Assembly: GCA_014874475.1 (NCBI GenBank) | Contig: JADBJJ010000023.1 | Location: forward strand, 391,836-455,835 | Origin: Chloroflexota bacterium | Lineage (GTDB): Bacteria > Chloroflexota > Anaerolineae > B4-G1 > DUEL01 | DNA length: 64,000 bases | Reading direction: 5' to 3' | Part shown: positions 55,140-64,000 of the stretch, one piece after another | Position numbering within the stretch: position 1 is the stretch's first letter | Layout: each line of letters opens with the position of its first letter | Program-made: the position numbers and the translations under genes | Notes under the pieces: generated by a model | Told to the model about the DNA's origin: nothing | Database searches by the model: none | What the model saw: only the letters and a program-made list of their open reading frames with translations

Positions 55140-55619
55140 ATGGGATATGAGACCACCGCCTTTCGCTGTTCAGGGTGCGGAAGTGCTTTGCTTATGCCCA
55201 ACCCGGATGGGACATTGACCTGCGCCTACTGCGGGACGACATACGAAATCACCGGGCGTACCTGCACCCGATGCGGGGCTATCAACCCCCCGGAGGCGGA
55301 GCACTGCGTCCGCTGTGGGAGTGTCCTGGACTTGGTGGGGTTTATCCTTCAGAGCCGTCTTCAAACCACGACCCAGGAGCGGCTGGAACAAATCCGTGCG
55401 GAAGCCTCGCGGCTCAAAGAAGAGGCCGAGGCCGCCTCTCAGGAGCGACTGCGTCGCTGGTGGGCAGCGGAGGAGGAAAGGCGGCGCGCGCTGGCGGCCG
55501 CTCAGGCCGAGCGGGACCGGCAGGAGCGCATGTTGTTGATCGGCGCTCTGATCCTCGCGGCGGTCGTCATCCTGGGGATACTTATCTATCTGCTGGTGAC
55601 GGCGCTCCCGGCGCCATAG
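55140..55619 (+). CDS. zinc-ribbon protein with coiled coil and C-terminal TM anchor
   Basis: Four CxxC motifs (CSGC, CAYC, CTRC, CVRC), an E/R/A helix and a terminal hydrophobic helix. Confidence 0.8.
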   Translation: MGYETTAFRCSGCGSALLMPNPDGTLTCAYCGTTYEITGRTCTRCGAINPPEAEHCVRCGSVLDLVGFILQSRLQTTTQERLEQIRAEASRLKEEAEAASQERLRRWWAAEEERRRALAAAQAERDRQERMLLIGALILAAVVILGILIYLLVTALPAP

Positions 55620-55698
55620 GGGCAACCCCCACAGCTGCCCGGAGCAGGAGCCAACCCTGCTCTCCAATGGCCAGGGTGTCTGCCCCCCACGAAACGGG

Positions 55699-55726
55699 TT
55701 GACACTCATCCAATGACCGCTATAAT
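55699..55726 (+). promoter_or_regulatory. promoter for the PLP enzyme gene
   Basis: TTGACA-N16-TATAAT. Confidence 0.7.
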
Positions 55727-55767
55727 GGAGACATGCCAACACGGAAAAATATACGGAGATATGTGCA

Positions 55768-57228
55768 ATGATAGACCTGACTATCCACCCCACTGGACGA
55801 GAACGAGCCATTGAACGAGCCCGAGAACGGGGCATTATTATTCCTACCTTCGCCCAAATGAAAGACCCCAACCGGATTCCCGAGGCCATCCGCGCCCGTA
55901 TGCGGGAAGTCGGCCTCTGGGATGTCAACCCCCTGAACCTCTTCCGCATCACCTGGAAGAACGCACCGGTTTCCTTCGGCGGCGGGTTCGGTGATGTGAA
56001 CGCTCTGGAGTTCCCGCCTGCCCTCACAGGAGTACCGGCCCGCATCATTGCCCTGGTGGGCAAGTGGTTCCCCACCGGCGCCCATAAGGTCGGAGCGACC
56101 TTCGGTTGCCTGGTCCCCCGACTGGTTACTGGACAGTTTGACCCCACATACCACAAGGCCGTCTGGCCCTCCACCGGCAACTTCTGCCGGGGCGGAGCGT
56201 ACAACTCTGCGCTGCTGGGCTGTGATTCCATCGCCATCCTGCCCGAGGGGATGAGTCGGGAACGATTTGAGTGGCTCTCCCGTCTGGCCGGGGAGGTCAT
56301 CGCCACCCCGGGCTGTGAGAGCAATGTAAAAGAGATTTTTGACAAGTGCTGGGAATTGCGCCGGACCCGTCCGGAAGTCTTCATCTTCAACCAATTTGAG
56401 GAGTTCGGCAACTATCTCTGGCACTACGAGGTCACGGGCCATGCGATGGAGGAAGTCCTGGAGAAGGGACTGGGCCCCCGAGACACCTATCGGGGCGTTG
56501 TCCTGACCACCGGTTCGGCTGGCACTATCGCCTGCGGGGACTATATGAAGCAAGTCTTCCCCACCAGCAAGGTCGCGGCCAGCGAAGCGCTCCAATGCCC
56601 CACGCTTCTGATGAACGGCTTCGGCGGCCACCGCATTGAGGGCATCGGCGATAAACACGTCCCCTGGATTCACAACGTCAAAAATACCGATCTGGTGATG
56701 GCAATAGACGACGCCGCCTGCATGGCCCTGGTGCGTCTTTTCAACGAACCGACCGGGCAGGCCTACCTGGTGCGGCAGGGCGTGCCGGAAGGGCTGGTGG
56801 ACCGCCTGGACCTGCTGGGCATCTCCGGCATCGCCAATCTCCTATCCTGCATCAAATTCGCCAAATGGTATGAACTGGGGGAGGGGGACGTGGTCCTCAC
56901 CGTCCTGACCGACTCTATGGAACTCTACGGGAGCCGTCTGGCGGAACTGCGCCAGGAGCGGGGGGAGTATACGGAACTGGACGCAGCGGCGGATTATCAC
57001 CGATACCTGCTGGGATGTACGACCGATTTTATGGCCGAACTGGGCTACTGGGAACGGCGCCGTATCCACAACCTGAAGTACTTCACCTGGGTGGAGCAGC
57101 AGGGCAAGACGGCGGAGGAACTCCAGGCCCAGTGGTATGACCCGGACTACTGGACAGGCATCCAGCAGCAGACGGCGGAGATAGATGCCCTGATTGAGGA
57201 GTTCAACGCTCGCGTGGGTCTGATATAA
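55768..57228 (+). CDS. PLP-dependent enzyme, fold type II (cysteine synthase/threonine dehydratase superfamily)
   Basis: PTGAHKVG (PLP Lys), PSTGN, NQF, TGSAGT, HRIEGIG. Confidence 0.85.
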   Translation: MIDLTIHPTGRERAIERARERGIIIPTFAQMKDPNRIPEAIRARMREVGLWDVNPLNLFRITWKNAPVSFGGGFGDVNALEFPPALTGVPARIIALVGKWFPTGAHKVGATFGCLVPRLVTGQFDPTYHKAVWPSTGNFCRGGAYNSALLGCDSIAILPEGMSRERFEWLSRLAGEVIATPGCESNVKEIFDKCWELRRTRPEVFIFNQFEEFGNYLWHYEVTGHAMEEVLEKGLGPRDTYRGVVLTTGSAGTIACGDYMKQVFPTSKVAASEALQCPTLLMNGFGGHRIEGIGDKHVPWIHNVKNTDLVMAIDDAACMALVRLFNEPTGQAYLVRQGVPEGLVDRLDLLGISGIANLLSCIKFAKWYELGEGDVVLTVLTDSMELYGSRLAELRQERGEYTELDAAADYHRYLLGCTTDFMAELGYWERRRIHNLKYFTWVEQQGKTAEELQAQWYDPDYWTGIQQQTAEIDALIEEFNARVGLI

Positions 57229-57235
57229 CTGTAGA

Positions 57236-57264
57236 TGGGGGCAGCGGCTTCGTCGCTGCCCCCC
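57236..57264 (+). terminator. GC-rich hairpin after the PLP enzyme gene (no U-tract)
   Basis: TGGGGGCAGCG / CGCTGCCCCCA stem 8 nt after the stop. Confidence 0.45.
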
Positions 57265-57275
57265 AGGTATTATCA

Positions 57276-59525
57276 ATGGCCGGGAATCGCGCGATTTATG
57301 AAGAGGCACTGCGCCGGGGAGCGGCCCGGGCCTGGGAGCGGCGCTGGGAGGAGGCGATTGCGGCCTATCAGCAAGCCCTGGCCGAGTTCCCAGATGAGCC
57401 GGACGCGCTGAGCGGACTGGGACTGGCTCTGGCCGGGGCCGGGCGCGCGGGGGAGGCCCTGCCCGTCCTTCAACGCGCCGCTGACCTGGGCCAGGAGAAC
57501 CCAGTCTTGCGGGAGCAGGTGGCTCAGGTGCTGGAACGGCTGGGGCGCCTGGAGGAAGCCTCTCAGGCTTACCTGCAGGCCGCTGACCTCTACCTTCGTC
57601 AGCAGGCATCCAGTCTGGCCGTGGAGCGGTGGAAGGACGCCATCCGTACCGACCCCTCTTGCATAACCGCTCACGTCAATCTTCTTCGTGTTTATCTGAG
57701 CCAGCAGAAGCACCGCGAAGCCATCGCCGAATACCTAGCCCTGGCAACCCTCTATCGGGACCGGGGTGAGACGGAAAAGGCGATGGAACTCTGCCAGTAC
57801 GCCCTGAAACTGGACCCGCGTCACCCGGACGTCTTGGCGTTGATGGATGCACTCCGTTATGGAATCCCGACAACTGTGGGGACAGGGCCTCTGGAAGCAT
57901 TCGCCGAGGAATTGCCGGAAGAGCAGTCGGGAGAAAATCCCGTTGAGACGGCCCGGCGCACCGCCCTGGCCCAACTGGCCGAAGTAGTCTTTGAGGAGAC
58001 CCCGCCCCAGACGGGCCCTCTCATTCTCCGTCCCCTCTCCAAGCGGGAAATAGATACGCTCATCAGCCGGGGGATTGATGCCCAGGAACGGGGAGACATA
58101 GACGAAGGCATCGCCTGCTACGAGGAGGTCCTGAGAGGCGGCGTCATTGAGCCAGCGGTCAATTTCAATCTAGGGCTCCTGTATCAGCAAAAACTGCAGT
58201 TTGAGAACGCCATTGCCCAGTTCCAGCAATCCGTCTCCAGCCCCCAATACCGCCTGGGCAGTCTCTTCGCCCTGGGAGAGTGCTACCGGGCCCTGGGACG
58301 CATAGACGAGGCCCTGACTTACTTCCTGGAAGTGCTCAAGATCGTGGACCTGAGCACCGTCCGGCAGGAGCAGGCCGATGACCTGATCCGCCTCTACGAC
58401 GAACTGGCCCATACTTACGCCGCGCGCGGGGAACGGGAACAGGCTGTGGAGTTCATCAACACGCTCATCTCATTCCTCAGCGCGAAGGGCTGGGAAGACA
58501 AGGTCCATCAGGCCCGGCAGCGATTAGACCTGCTCTCCCGCGAGGGGCCGGTTCTGAGCCTGGCCGAAATGCTGACTGTCCCGGGTTCGGAGCGCATCAT
58601 TCAGTCTATCGGCCTGGCCCAGGAGTACCTGCGCCGCAATATGGCACGGGCGGCTATGGATGAATTGATGGGCGCCCTGGAGCAAGCGCCCACGTTTCTC
58701 CCGATCCACCGCCAGATCGGAGAAACCCTGGTCGCGATGGGGCGGACGGAACAGGCCGTGGGAAAGTTTCTGGCCATTGCGGACACGTACCGCGTTCGGG
58801 GCAACTTCTCCCAGGCAGTGGCGATGTATGAACGGGCCCTCCGTCTGGCGCCGATGAACATCACGGCCCGCCTCAAGTTGATAGACCTGCTGGTCAGTCT
58901 GGGGGAGATTGATCGGGCGCTGGAGCATTATCTGGCCCTGGGAGACGCCTACTACCAGATGGCTCAACTGGACCAGGCCCGGGAGAAATACAATGAGGCA
59001 TTGCAACTGGCCCCCCGCGGAAGCCCCGATCGCCGATGGGAGGTCAAATTTCTCCACCGAATCGGCGATATTGACCTGCAGCGGGTGGAGTGGCGGCGGG
59101 CGATTTCCGTCTATGAACGCATCCGGGACCTGGCTCCGGATGATGAGAAGGCGCGCTTCACCCTGATGAACCTCTATGAGCGATTAGGACGGCCAGACCG
59201 GGCACTGGTGGAACTGGATGGCCTGATTCAGCATTGTGTGCAAGCCGGGAAGACCCAGAAGGCCATCTCAGTACTGGAGAGGCTGGTGCAGGAGAAACCG
59301 GATGCGATCCCGATCAGAGCCCGTCTGGCCCAACTATACCTGAACGCCGGCCGAAAAGAGGAGGGGCTTCGGGAACTGGATATCCTGGGGGACCTGCAAC
59401 TTCAGGCCGGAAAGGTGAAAGAGGCCATTGCGACCATTCAGGTCATCCTGCGGCTGCGCCCTCCCAACGCCGACGCTTATCGTGAACTTCTGGAGCAGTT
59501 ACAGGCCGGGCAGATTCCGGGGTAG
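57276..59525 (+). CDS. large tetratricopeptide-repeat protein
   Basis: Repeated A...LG..Y...G...EA...Y..AL...P TPR units along the whole length. Confidence 0.9.
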   Translation: MAGNRAIYEEALRRGAARAWERRWEEAIAAYQQALAEFPDEPDALSGLGLALAGAGRAGEALPVLQRAADLGQENPVLREQVAQVLERLGRLEEASQAYLQAADLYLRQQASSLAVERWKDAIRTDPSCITAHVNLLRVYLSQQKHREAIAEYLALATLYRDRGETEKAMELCQYALKLDPRHPDVLALMDALRYGIPTTVGTGPLEAFAEELPEEQSGENPVETARRTALAQLAEVVFEETPPQTGPLILRPLSKREIDTLISRGIDAQERGDIDEGIACYEEVLRGGVIEPAVNFNLGLLYQQKLQFENAIAQFQQSVSSPQYRLGSLFALGECYRALGRIDEALTYFLEVLKIVDLSTVRQEQADDLIRLYDELAHTYAARGEREQAVEFINTLISFLSAKGWEDKVHQARQRLDLLSREGPVLSLAEMLTVPGSERIIQSIGLAQEYLRRNMARAAMDELMGALEQAPTFLPIHRQIGETLVAMGRTEQAVGKFLAIADTYRVRGNFSQAVAMYERALRLAPMNITARLKLIDLLVSLGEIDRALEHYLALGDAYYQMAQLDQAREKYNEALQLAPRGSPDRRWEVKFLHRIGDIDLQRVEWRRAISVYERIRDLAPDDEKARFTLMNLYERLGRPDRALVELDGLIQHCVQAGKTQKAISVLERLVQEKPDAIPIRARLAQLYLNAGRKEEGLRELDILGDLQLQAGKVKEAIATIQVILRLRPPNADAYRELLEQLQAGQIPG

Positions 59526-59551
59526 AAAACAGGAGCGACGCTGCGCCGTTC

Positions 59552-60835
59552 CTACCGCCATATCACCTCTTCCCGCTCCGGCCCGACCCCGATCAGAGTG
59601 ACGGGCACGCCGATAGCCGCCTCTATTCGCTCCACGTAGGCCCGCGCGGCTGCCGGCATATCCTCCCACCGGCGAGCCGAACGAATCTCTTCATCCCAGC
59701 CGGGCATTTCTTCATATACCACCTGCCAGCGGGCCACTTCCTCCGCCCCCCACTCGCCGGGAAAGCGAGAAATTCGCTCTCCGCCCCGTTCGTACGCGAC
59801 GGCCACCTTCAGCGGGTGAATGCCAGTCAGCACGTCCAGTTTGGTCAGCGCCAGTTCTGTCAGTCCGTTAACCTGAGCGGCGTACCGCAGAATGGGGAGG
59901 TCCAGCCAGCCGCAGCGCCGGGGACGGCCAGTGGTGGTGCCATATTCTCCCCCGGTCTCCCGGATGCGGTCGCCGATGGCGTCGGTCAGTTCGGTGGGAA
60001 AGGGCCCGGCGCCCACGCGAGTGGTATAGGCCTTGGCGACGCCGATGACCCGCGTCACCGCATGCGGCCCGAACCCCAGCCCAGCCAGTGCCCCGCCCGC
60101 CACGCAGGAGGAACTGGTCACATACGGGTACGTTCCGTGGTCCAGGTCCAGCAAAGTCCCCTGGGCCCCTTCGCAGAGAACGGTTTGGCCAGCCGCCAGC
60201 GCGCGGGCGACCAGTTCGGATCCATCGGCGAGATAGGGGCGGAGCCGCTGCGCCAGGGCGACGAACTGGGCCACAATCTCACTGACCGGCAACGGCTCCA
60301 GACCGTAGTGCTCCTGAAGCAGGCGGTTGTGGGCCTGTAACAGGGCCATCGCCCGCTCACCGAACCCCTCCGGATCGGCCATCTGGCCAGCGCGCAACCC
60401 CACGCGGGCGGCCTTATCGGCATAGACGGGGCCGATGCCCCGGCGGGTAGTACCGATGGCCTCTTGCCCCCGCGCCGCCTCTCGGGCGCCGTCCCGCGCG
60501 CGGTGAGTGGGCAGGATAATATGGGCGGCCGCCGCCAGTTTGACCCGCTCCGGCCCTACGTCTATCCCCAGGGCAGCCAATTCGTCCAATTCCGCTGCCA
60601 GTTGGACCGGGTTGACCACCACCCCGGCCCCAATCAGACAGATCGCATGGGGGTGCAGGATGCCAGAGGGAACCAGGTGCAGGCGAAGGAGATGGCCCTG
60701 GGCGACCACGGTATGGCCGGCGTTGTCGCCGCCGTTGTAGCGGGCAACGATATGGGCCTCTCGGGCCAGGTCGTCCACTACTCGCCCTTTCCCTTCATCT
60801 CCCCATTGCGCCCCGACAATAATAATCGCAGGCAT
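59552..60835 (-). CDS. purA: adenylosuccinate synthase
   Basis: GAQWGDEGKG, GGDNAGHT, EGAQG.LLD.DHGTYPYVTSS, GTTTGRPRRCGW; ATG at 60835. Confidence 0.98.
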   Translation of the reverse strand: MPAIIIVGAQWGDEGKGRVVDDLAREAHIVARYNGGDNAGHTVVAQGHLLRLHLVPSGILHPHAICLIGAGVVVNPVQLAAELDELAALGIDVGPERVKLAAAAHIILPTHRARDGAREAARGQEAIGTTRRGIGPVYADKAARVGLRAGQMADPEGFGERAMALLQAHNRLLQEHYGLEPLPVSEIVAQFVALAQRLRPYLADGSELVARALAAGQTVLCEGAQGTLLDLDHGTYPYVTSSSCVAGGALAGLGFGPHAVTRVIGVAKAYTTRVGAGPFPTELTDAIGDRIRETGGEYGTTTGRPRRCGWLDLPILRYAAQVNGLTELALTKLDVLTGIHPLKVAVAYERGGERISRFPGEWGAEEVARWQVVYEEMPGWDEEIRSARRWEDMPAAARAYVERIEAAIGVPVTLIGVGPEREEVIWR

Positions 60836-60873
60836 CGGGGGCCTCCTTTCACCGGACACATCCGTGTCCCGCT

Positions 60874-61335
60874 CTATTCTACCGGTTCCACTACCTGGGG
60901 GGTAACGCTGATGCCACAGTAGGGGCAGATAGCCCAATGGAGTTGCAGGGGGCGCTTGCAGGCCGGGCAGGCCTGTTTGAGGCGGCTATGGCAAACTGGG
61001 CAGAGGATATAATCCGATTTGACCCGTGCACCGCACCCGGGGCAAGTTTCCGGCTCCTCAATCGCTTGCAGAAGCGCCTCCTGTTCCAGCGAACGCTCGT
61101 AGGCCTCCGCCAGCGTCTCACGCGGGCGCAGCATCAGGTATACGATAATCCCGAAAAGGGGAATGAGCGCCACCAGCAACGTGGCGACAATCCATGCCAG
61201 AACGTCCCGGGAGCGAGCCCGCATATCCCGGAAGGTCCAGATAATCGCCCCGCCGTGCAGGGCGGTGAAAACGACGCCAGCACCCAGCGCCAGCCAGGAA
61301 ACCAGTGTTGCCAAAGTATCCAGAAGGCCTTCCAT
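60874..61335 (-). CDS. membrane protein with a C-terminal double zinc ribbon
   Basis: N-terminal TM helices (WTFRD...YLMLRP) plus CPGC, CPVC, CPAC, CPYC. Confidence 0.85.
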   Translation of the reverse strand: MEGLLDTLATLVSWLALGAGVVFTALHGGAIIWTFRDMRARSRDVLAWIVATLLVALIPLFGIIVYLMLRPRETLAEAYERSLEQEALLQAIEEPETCPGCGARVKSDYILCPVCHSRLKQACPACKRPLQLHWAICPYCGISVTPQVVEPVE

Positions 61336-61357
61336 TATCACTCCTTATTGGTTTGCC

Positions 61358-63112
61358 CTAACGAGGGGCATTATACCATTTATCCGGCTGATGAGCAACT
61401 GCACGGAAATACCGCTCCAGGAAGAAATCGTAGAAGGCCACCGGTGAAGCAACCGCCACCGGACTCCCCGTATCGCAAAGCAGAAACGGCCGCTCCTGCC
61501 CGCCCCCCAAACCGCCATGGGTGGCGACCTGCTCCTCAAAGGTCACCACCCGCCCGTCGGTGAGCAACCCGCCCATCAGGATCAGGTCCCCCGCGTGCGG
61601 ACTCGTCGCCAGACGATAAATCTCTCGGGCGACCCGGTCCCGGTCGCCGTAAGGTGACAGCGGGTCGGGCAAGGTCACCTCCACCCCCCCATCACCGATC
61701 ACGGCCCGACCTCCCCCCTGTCCCAGCACCACTACCTGCCCTCCGGCCCGCCCCACAATCCAGCCGATCAGGTCCATCTCCATCAGCCGGTCCAGCAGAT
61801 GCGGGTACAGGAGTGCTACCTCAATCAGGTCCAGCGGTCGGGCAACGACGTTGAAATAGATATGGGCCAGCGGCCCCGAAACGCGCACGACGACGTCCTC
61901 CCGGCGCTTCAGGTCATACTCTTCTGCCTCCCGGTCAGGCGGGATGCGGCGGCCCAGGGAACGACGCAGAGCCCGTACCACCCGACCGACAGCGGGGGGT
62001 AGCCGTTCCTCTATGCTTCCCATCTCCACCATCAGGTAGCGGGCCTTGGCCTCCGCGTATCCCGGCCGGCTGAAGACCTCATCCAGCGAGACGTCTCCCA
62101 ACTGGGCGGCCACAAACTCCCCCAGCGTCTGCCCGACCAGCCACGCAAAGGGAACGGAAGGAGCATTGCCGTGGTCCGAGAGGACGAAGAGGTCGTAGCG
62201 GCGGGCCAGCGAGCGCCGCCGGGCCCGATCAATCTGCCGGATGCGCCGGTCTATATCCCACAGAATACCGAAAGCGGCGGGATCATCCGGACCGAACCAG
62301 TGAGCGACCTCGTCGTAAGCGTTGTAGTTGGCGTAGACAGACGGGACGCCCCGGTAGATGTCCAGAACGATGCCAAAGGTCTGAACTTCGGTGAACAGAG
62401 CGTTGACGGCCGCAGCCAGGAAGGAGGAGAGAAAACCCGAAGGACGGGCTGGACGGCGGCGGAGGGCGGCTCTCAGCCGCCAGATCAGCGAACGCAGGTA
62501 GCCGGTGACCGTCAGCCAGAGGACGCGCAGGACCCGCAGAGGGCTGAGCAGGAAGATGAGCAGGAGGCCGATGCCGCGCACCGATTCCAGGAAGAGGCGG
62601 GGATGAATGGAAGAGAGGGTGAAAAGGGCCAGGTCGGCATCGCCGTCAAACATGTTCACGTAACTGGAGCCCCCCACCAGAATGCCGACCCGTCCGGCCT
62701 TCAGCCGCTCCTGCAGCGCCTGAATCTGGGCAGGCCGTTTGGCGACGAAGGCCATCCGTTCCTGCTTGTCGTACCAGCGGAAGCCGGGGATGTCCTCCCG
62801 GTTGCCAAAGAGGATGGCCGCCTGGACGGCGGGGGTGGTGCTGGGCAGTCCGCAGTACCAGGGGGTCAGGTGCCAGCCCTCCTCCCGAACCAGCCGCCGG
62901 AGGTATGGGAGATAGCCCCGCTCCATCGCCTCTACCAGATGGTCGTAAGAGAGGCTGTCTATTTGAATGATAATAAACCCCCGTCGGCCATCTGGCGAAA
63001 CCTCCGGCCGCCCAATCTGGCGAGCCAGGGCCTCGTACTTCCGGCGACGGGGGCCATCAGTGAGCCGGTCCAATACCCCCAGCAGGAATCCCATTGTGCG
63101 ATCAGAGGTCAA
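61358..63112 (-). CDS. alkaline phosphatase superfamily / type I phosphodiesterase-like protein
   Basis: IQIDSL, PSTTPAVQ, YDEVAH..GP, LSDHG, THGGLGG metal-binding motifs. Confidence 0.85.
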   Translation of the reverse strand: MTSDRTMGFLLGVLDRLTDGPRRRKYEALARQIGRPEVSPDGRRGFIIIQIDSLSYDHLVEAMERGYLPYLRRLVREEGWHLTPWYCGLPSTTPAVQAAILFGNREDIPGFRWYDKQERMAFVAKRPAQIQALQERLKAGRVGILVGGSSYVNMFDGDADLALFTLSSIHPRLFLESVRGIGLLLIFLLSPLRVLRVLWLTVTGYLRSLIWRLRAALRRRPARPSGFLSSFLAAAVNALFTEVQTFGIVLDIYRGVPSVYANYNAYDEVAHWFGPDDPAAFGILWDIDRRIRQIDRARRRSLARRYDLFVLSDHGNAPSVPFAWLVGQTLGEFVAAQLGDVSLDEVFSRPGYAEAKARYLMVEMGSIEERLPPAVGRVVRALRRSLGRRIPPDREAEEYDLKRREDVVVRVSGPLAHIYFNVVARPLDLIEVALLYPHLLDRLMEMDLIGWIVGRAGGQVVVLGQGGGRAVIGDGGVEVTLPDPLSPYGDRDRVAREIYRLATSPHAGDLILMGGLLTDGRVVTFEEQVATHGGLGGGQERPFLLCDTGSPVAVASPVAFYDFFLERYFRAVAHQPDKWYNAPR

Positions 63113-64000
63113 GCATCTGGCATTCGCTCCAGGGCCAGCGCCAGCGCCCCCAGGAGTACGACATCGTCGCCCAGGGCCGCCAGGGCGATGGGGGTGTTCT
63201 CCCAGTAGACGCGCTGAGATCGCTCCCGGACCGTCTGCCGCATCGGATCAAACAGGAGGTCGCCTGCATTGGCGACGGACCCGCCGATGATGAAGAGACC
63301 GGGATTGAAGAGATACATCAGGCTGACCAGCGCCAGTCCGATATAGAAGCCGGCGCGGGCGAAGATGCGGCGGGAAAGGTCATCTCCCTGCGCTGCCGCT
63401 TCAGCGACCTCTCTGGCGGTGACCGCTTCCGGACTGCTCACTATGCCCCGCAGAAGGGAAGACGCGCCCCGTTCCAGCGCTGCCCGGGCCTCCCGGGCGA
63501 TCGCGGTGCCCGAGGCGACGGCCTCCAGACATCCATACCCTCCACAGCCGCAGAGGGGGCCGTTCGGCTCCACCACCATATGGCCGACCTCACCGCCCAG
63601 GCCCTGCCCTCCCTCATAGAGACGACCGTCCACAATAATCCCGCCGCCGATGCCGGTGCTGATGGTCAAATAGACCAGGTCCCGCACGCCCCGCCCGGCG
63701 CCGAAGCGAAACTCGCCCAGGGCCGCCAGATTGGCATCGTTGGCCACGAAGGCAGGAACACCGAACGCCTCCGCCATCAGGTCCCGCAGGGGGACATCCT
63801 TCCAGCCCGGGATATTGGGAGTAAAACGGACGACGCCGTGATGGGCGTCTACCGGGCCCGGGGCGGAGAGGGCCAGAGCCGCCACCGGTCCCCTCTCCGG
63901 CCAGACCATCCGGATGGCCTGCCGGATGCGGTCCAGGACCACCTCCGGGCCCTGGGCGGCCAGTGTGGGAATGGCCACCCGCTCCTCCATCTGGCCCTCG
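63109..64000 (-). CDS. ROK family sugar kinase (glucokinase-like), 5' end outside the window
   Basis: NDANLAALGE, TISTGIGGG, GEVGHM...CGCGG.GCLEA.ASG. Confidence 0.93.
   Translation of the reverse strand, partial: EGQMEERVAIPTLAAQGPEVVLDRIRQAIRMVWPERGPVAALALSAPGPVDAHHGVVRFTPNIPGWKDVPLRDLMAEAFGVPAFVANDANLAALGEFRFGAGRGVRDLVYLTISTGIGGGIIVDGRLYEGGQGLGGEVGHMVVEPNGPLCGCGGYGCLEAVASGTAIAREARAALERGASSLLRGIVSSPEAVTAREVAEAAAQGDDLSRRIFARAGFYIGLALVSLMYLFNPGLFIIGGSVANAGDLLFDPMRQTVRERSQRVYWENTPIALAALGDDVVLLGALALALERMPDA

Overview
GC-rich bacterial chromosomal window. It is most likely a Chloroflexota (Anaerolineae-like) genome; this is inferred from gene content, the GAAC-N4-GTTC LexA box and the protein inserts. 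Positions 1-27.3 kb (minus strand) hold dnaA, rpoB and the str/S10/spc/alpha ribosomal superoperon, ending in a partial rpoA. Positions 29-64 kb hold mostly plus-strand housekeeping genes: histidine kinase, lexA, SPFH, dnaX, rpsB-tsf-pyrH-frr-uppS-cdsA, fbp, rho, iorAB, tpiA, purA and a ROK kinase. Notable points: (1) rpoB is joined directly to the rpsL promoter with no rpoC, and it follows a dnaA that has no dnaN. (2) The str-operon EF-G has lost the domain IV translocation motifs and resembles a recycling-type EF-G2. (3) EF-Tu has a non-canonical switch I. (4) RpoB has a ~135-aa insert with internal repeats. (5) An intact MNT-HEPN toxin-antitoxin pair and repeat-bounded gene debris split the spc operon, and a DUF4160-like remnant plus a palindrome occupy the usual infA position. 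(6) A large protein has three SH3b domains between two glycoside-hydrolase-like domains. (7) A decayed IS lies upstream of rpsB. No rRNA, tRNA or CRISPR array was recognised. All calls are by eye and no database searches were run.
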